Source: the human T2T-CHM13v2.0 reference genome, Homo sapiens. From it: DNA of 64,000 bases. Below are positions 61,461 to 64,000 of the stretch, piece after piece. The first letter of the stretch is position 1; each line of letters opens with the position of its first letter. The notes beneath the pieces were generated by a model. That model had not been told where the DNA came from and made no database searches. It saw nothing but the letters and a program-made list of their open reading frames with translations. The position numbers and the translations under genes were made by a program. The DNA lies in the NCBI RefSeq assembly GCF_009914755.1, contig NC_060933.1, one strand, 5' to 3'.

Positions 61461-62379
61461 CAGCTCCTCTTGGCGCATTTCCTGGGGAAACGGATTAAGC
61501 CAACCAACGTTTCATTCATTCGCCCACCCAGATAGATTGGGAACCGATTACATACCAGACATTGTGCGGGGCCCTGCGGATTTGGGGTCAACCCGCCTGC
61601 CCCTTCTCCATGTAGAGCCTCCGGCCTGGGGAGGAGGGGCACAAGCGAATATGCATTCTACTGTGACTTTTTTGTTTGGGATTATAATGCTGGTGTGTAG
61701 AAAGTGCTATGGAAACACTGAAGGAGGATTTAACAAGTCCCAGGGGGTGTTAAAGAAGACTTTTAAGACAACTCTTTGAAAATGGGTTTTGAAGGCAGAG
61801 AAGAGTCTGAGACGTAAAAGTGTAGGAGATGTTTGGGCATAGTGGAGCGTTCGGCTTGGCTGGAGCCAGAGAAATGGGAAAGTAAGAGGGACCTGATCAT
61901 AAAAGCACTATGAGAGGGGAGGGGGGAAAAGTATGTGCATTATCTCATATTTTACTACGATTTCGGAAGTTCTGTAACCACTACAGTAGCAATAAGGGGA
62001 ATCAGACAGGAAGGAAGTGCCATTGTGATAACTAAAGTTTTAGAAAACTTAGTCTGGCAGTGTTATAAATCGGATAGGTTGTGAGACATTCTTGGAGGGC
62101 TTAATTAACTAGTAAAGGGCCAGTTGTATAGGCATTCTTCATATTGGGTCATGCATTCTAGGAATACCAGGGTAAAGGAGAAATGCAGCCTCTGAAGGGG
62201 ACAGCTGTCCTAAATTCTAGTTGTTAGGGATATGGAGATGCTGAACTAGTATGTGAGTTAAGGCAGAGCTGAAAAAATTCTCTTTGAAGGTTCAGTGAAG
62301 AACTGCTTTGGTGGCGTGAGGTGCTTAACTAGAAATACAATAGCAGAAATGAAGGCGAGTCTATAGAGGCTATAACCAT

Positions 62380-62610
62380 AATGGCCGGCATTTGCATATT
62401 ATGTGCTAGGACTGTTCTGTGTATTTTTACATATAATAACTTATTCCTTGTAACAACCCTATGATAGAGGTACTGTATGCCCTTTTTGCAGATGAGAAAA
62501 CAAGGCACAGAGAGGTTAAGTAACTTGCCTAAGGTTGGAAATCAGCTGGAAATCAGTAGGGTCAGGAGTCAACCCAGGCAACCTAACCATTAAGCAAAAC
62601 TGCCTTTCAG
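62380..62610. mobile_element. MIR SINE
   Basis: taacaaccctatga...gcagatgagaaaacaaggcacagagaggttaagtaacttgcctaagg. Confidence 0.8.
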
Positions 62611-62749
62611 CAAGGCAGATTAAGCCTTTTCTAACATCTTCAGTTGGAGCCAGTCTTTGAAAGTCTGACCAAAGACAGTTATAAAAACAGAAGATAGGAT
62701 AGCTCGGGACTTCATATGTTCCTACTGTTCTATATTTACAGTTGGAGAA

Positions 62750-62975
62750 GCAACAGGAAGTGGTTGAGAATCTGCTGTGGAGCCAGACTTAAACCTGAGT
62801 TTAAATCCCTTCTCTTCCACTTCCTAGTTAGGGACATAGGGAGGTTAACCTCAGCAGCTGTAAGATGAGGTTAATAGTATCTAGTGCATGAGATAGTTGA
62901 GGATTAAATGAGTTAATTCACAGAAGGTGCTTAGAACAGTGAAATAGCACAAGATAAGTTCTCAATAAGTATGAC
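62750..62975. mobile_element. MIR SINE (opposite orientation)
   Basis: gtggttgagaa...ggagccagac...gaggattaaatgagttaat...gtgcttagaacagtg. Confidence 0.75.
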
Positions 62976-63472
62976 TTACTACTTGTTTTTACTATTATAT
63001 TATCTTTACTATTACTATTTGCTATTGATACTCACTTTTGGATTCATTTTTCAACAGCCTTTTTGTTCAGCGTCATTCTTTTTTAAATCAGATGCATTAT
63101 AATCCTTGGCACAATAAACTGTTACCATTGTTCAATTCATGATTGTTTTTGAGCTATTTATGTTAAGTAATATAACAAACACCTGTGAACCCATTGCCCA
63201 ACCCTAAAACTGAAACAGTAGTTCTACATCTACACATGTCCCTCTCCTCTCCCTTCAGCCTTCTTTCTGTCACTCATGTTCAATGTAGCTATCCTGAATT
63301 TTGTTTTCCCTTGCCTTTTAAAAATAGGCTCATCTCCTATGAATGTATACCTAAATAATATTTATTTTTAGTTTTTGAAATTCATAAAAAGGCTATCATG
63401 CTGCATATAATCAAGAACTTTTTTCCTCATTAAAAATATTTAATATAGATAGGTCCATATTGTGTAGCCATA

Positions 63473-63715
63473 CAGTAACCATTTGGTAAATGAAGGAGAT
63501 TGGTTCCAGGACTCTCACATATCCCAAAACCCGAGCATACCCAAGTTCCAAAGTTGGTCCTGTGGAACCCGAGTATACAAAAAGTTGGCCCTCTCTCTAA
63601 GTGGATTTCACATCCTAAGAATACTGTTATTTTCCAGTCTGCATTTGGTTGGAAAAAAAATTCATGTATAAGTGGGTCCACAAAATTCAAACCCTTGTTG
63701 CTCAAGGGTCAACTG
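63473..63715 (+). mobile_element. MER8 (TcMar-Tigger MITE)
   Basis: CAGT...ACTG termini with TA TSDs (63471-72, 63716-17); gattggttccaggac and caagggtcaactg signatures. Confidence 0.85.
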
Positions 63716-63939
63716 TAATATTAAGTGTAATAGTCTATTGTTTGGAAGCCTTATAACCATTCTACCAATAGGCATTTGTTCTGTTTTGTTTGCTCTTTAA
63801 ATCATTGCCATCATGATTATTCTTATGTCATCTGATTCATAAATACGTTTTGTAGATATTGAATGATACCTAACATAAAATTAATAAACTTCAGCCTACT
63901 GGGAAAATTGAAGAATATAAATACGAGAAACGTCTAGCT

Positions 63940-64000
63940 CAGAATTTCTCAACTTTAGCACTGTTGACATTTGGGGCCAGTAGTCTTTGTTGAGGATGCT
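63940..64000. mobile_element. MER20 (hAT-Charlie) start, truncated by the window end
   Basis: tttctcaactttagcactgttgacatttggggccag. Confidence 0.65.

Larger units (their letters stand above)
61135..64000 (+). pseudogene. LOC389705: Unprocessed HPF1 (C4orf27, histone PARylation factor 1) pseudogene: exon 1 and start of intron 1, continuing beyond the window
   Basis: Exon-1 peptide MVGGGWKRRPGAGAGPQ versus the HPF1 N-terminus MVGGGGKRRPGGEGPQ (recalled). It is followed by intron-like repeat-rich DNA rather than exon-2 sequence (CEKT...). Locus symbol is from memory and unverified. Confidence 0.75.

Noticed and set aside
60910-61779. Long ORFs of 135-180 aa over the CpG island
   Set aside because: Expected from stop-codon scarcity in GC-rich DNA; only the 17 codons at 61203-61253 match a known protein.

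Overview
Primate, most likely human, genomic DNA. It is AT-rich and dominated by interspersed repeats: about 25 Alu copies, two young L1PA elements, older L1M/L2/MIR relics, MaLR/ERV solo LTRs and hAT/Tc1-mariner MITEs. No intact protein-coding gene is supported, and nearly all listed ORFs are repeat-derived. Main landmarks: (i) a full-length but broken L1PA6/7 at 17.2-23.7 kb; (ii) an 11.7-kb composite block at 31.06-42.77 kb of SATR-family satellite with palindromic units, interrupted by a truncated LTR22 fused to a 5'-truncated L1PA6, with an orientation flip near 42.24 kb and truncated repeats at both borders; (iii) an orphan CpG-rich promoter-like region at about 45.9-46.5 kb, flanked by a (GGAA)21 microsatellite and a MADE1 MITE; (iv) a CpG-island promoter and first exon at about 61.0-61.3 kb encoding MVGGGWKRRPGAGAGPQ, a diverged unprocessed copy of HPF1/C4orf27 exon 1 whose expected splice donor reads AT instead of GT. 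From memory and unverified here, this matches the HPF1 pseudogene LOC389705 at 9p22.3 near FREM1/CLCN3P1. All repeat family calls were made by eye. I found no convincing novel biological system; the most interesting signals are structural and evolutionary.
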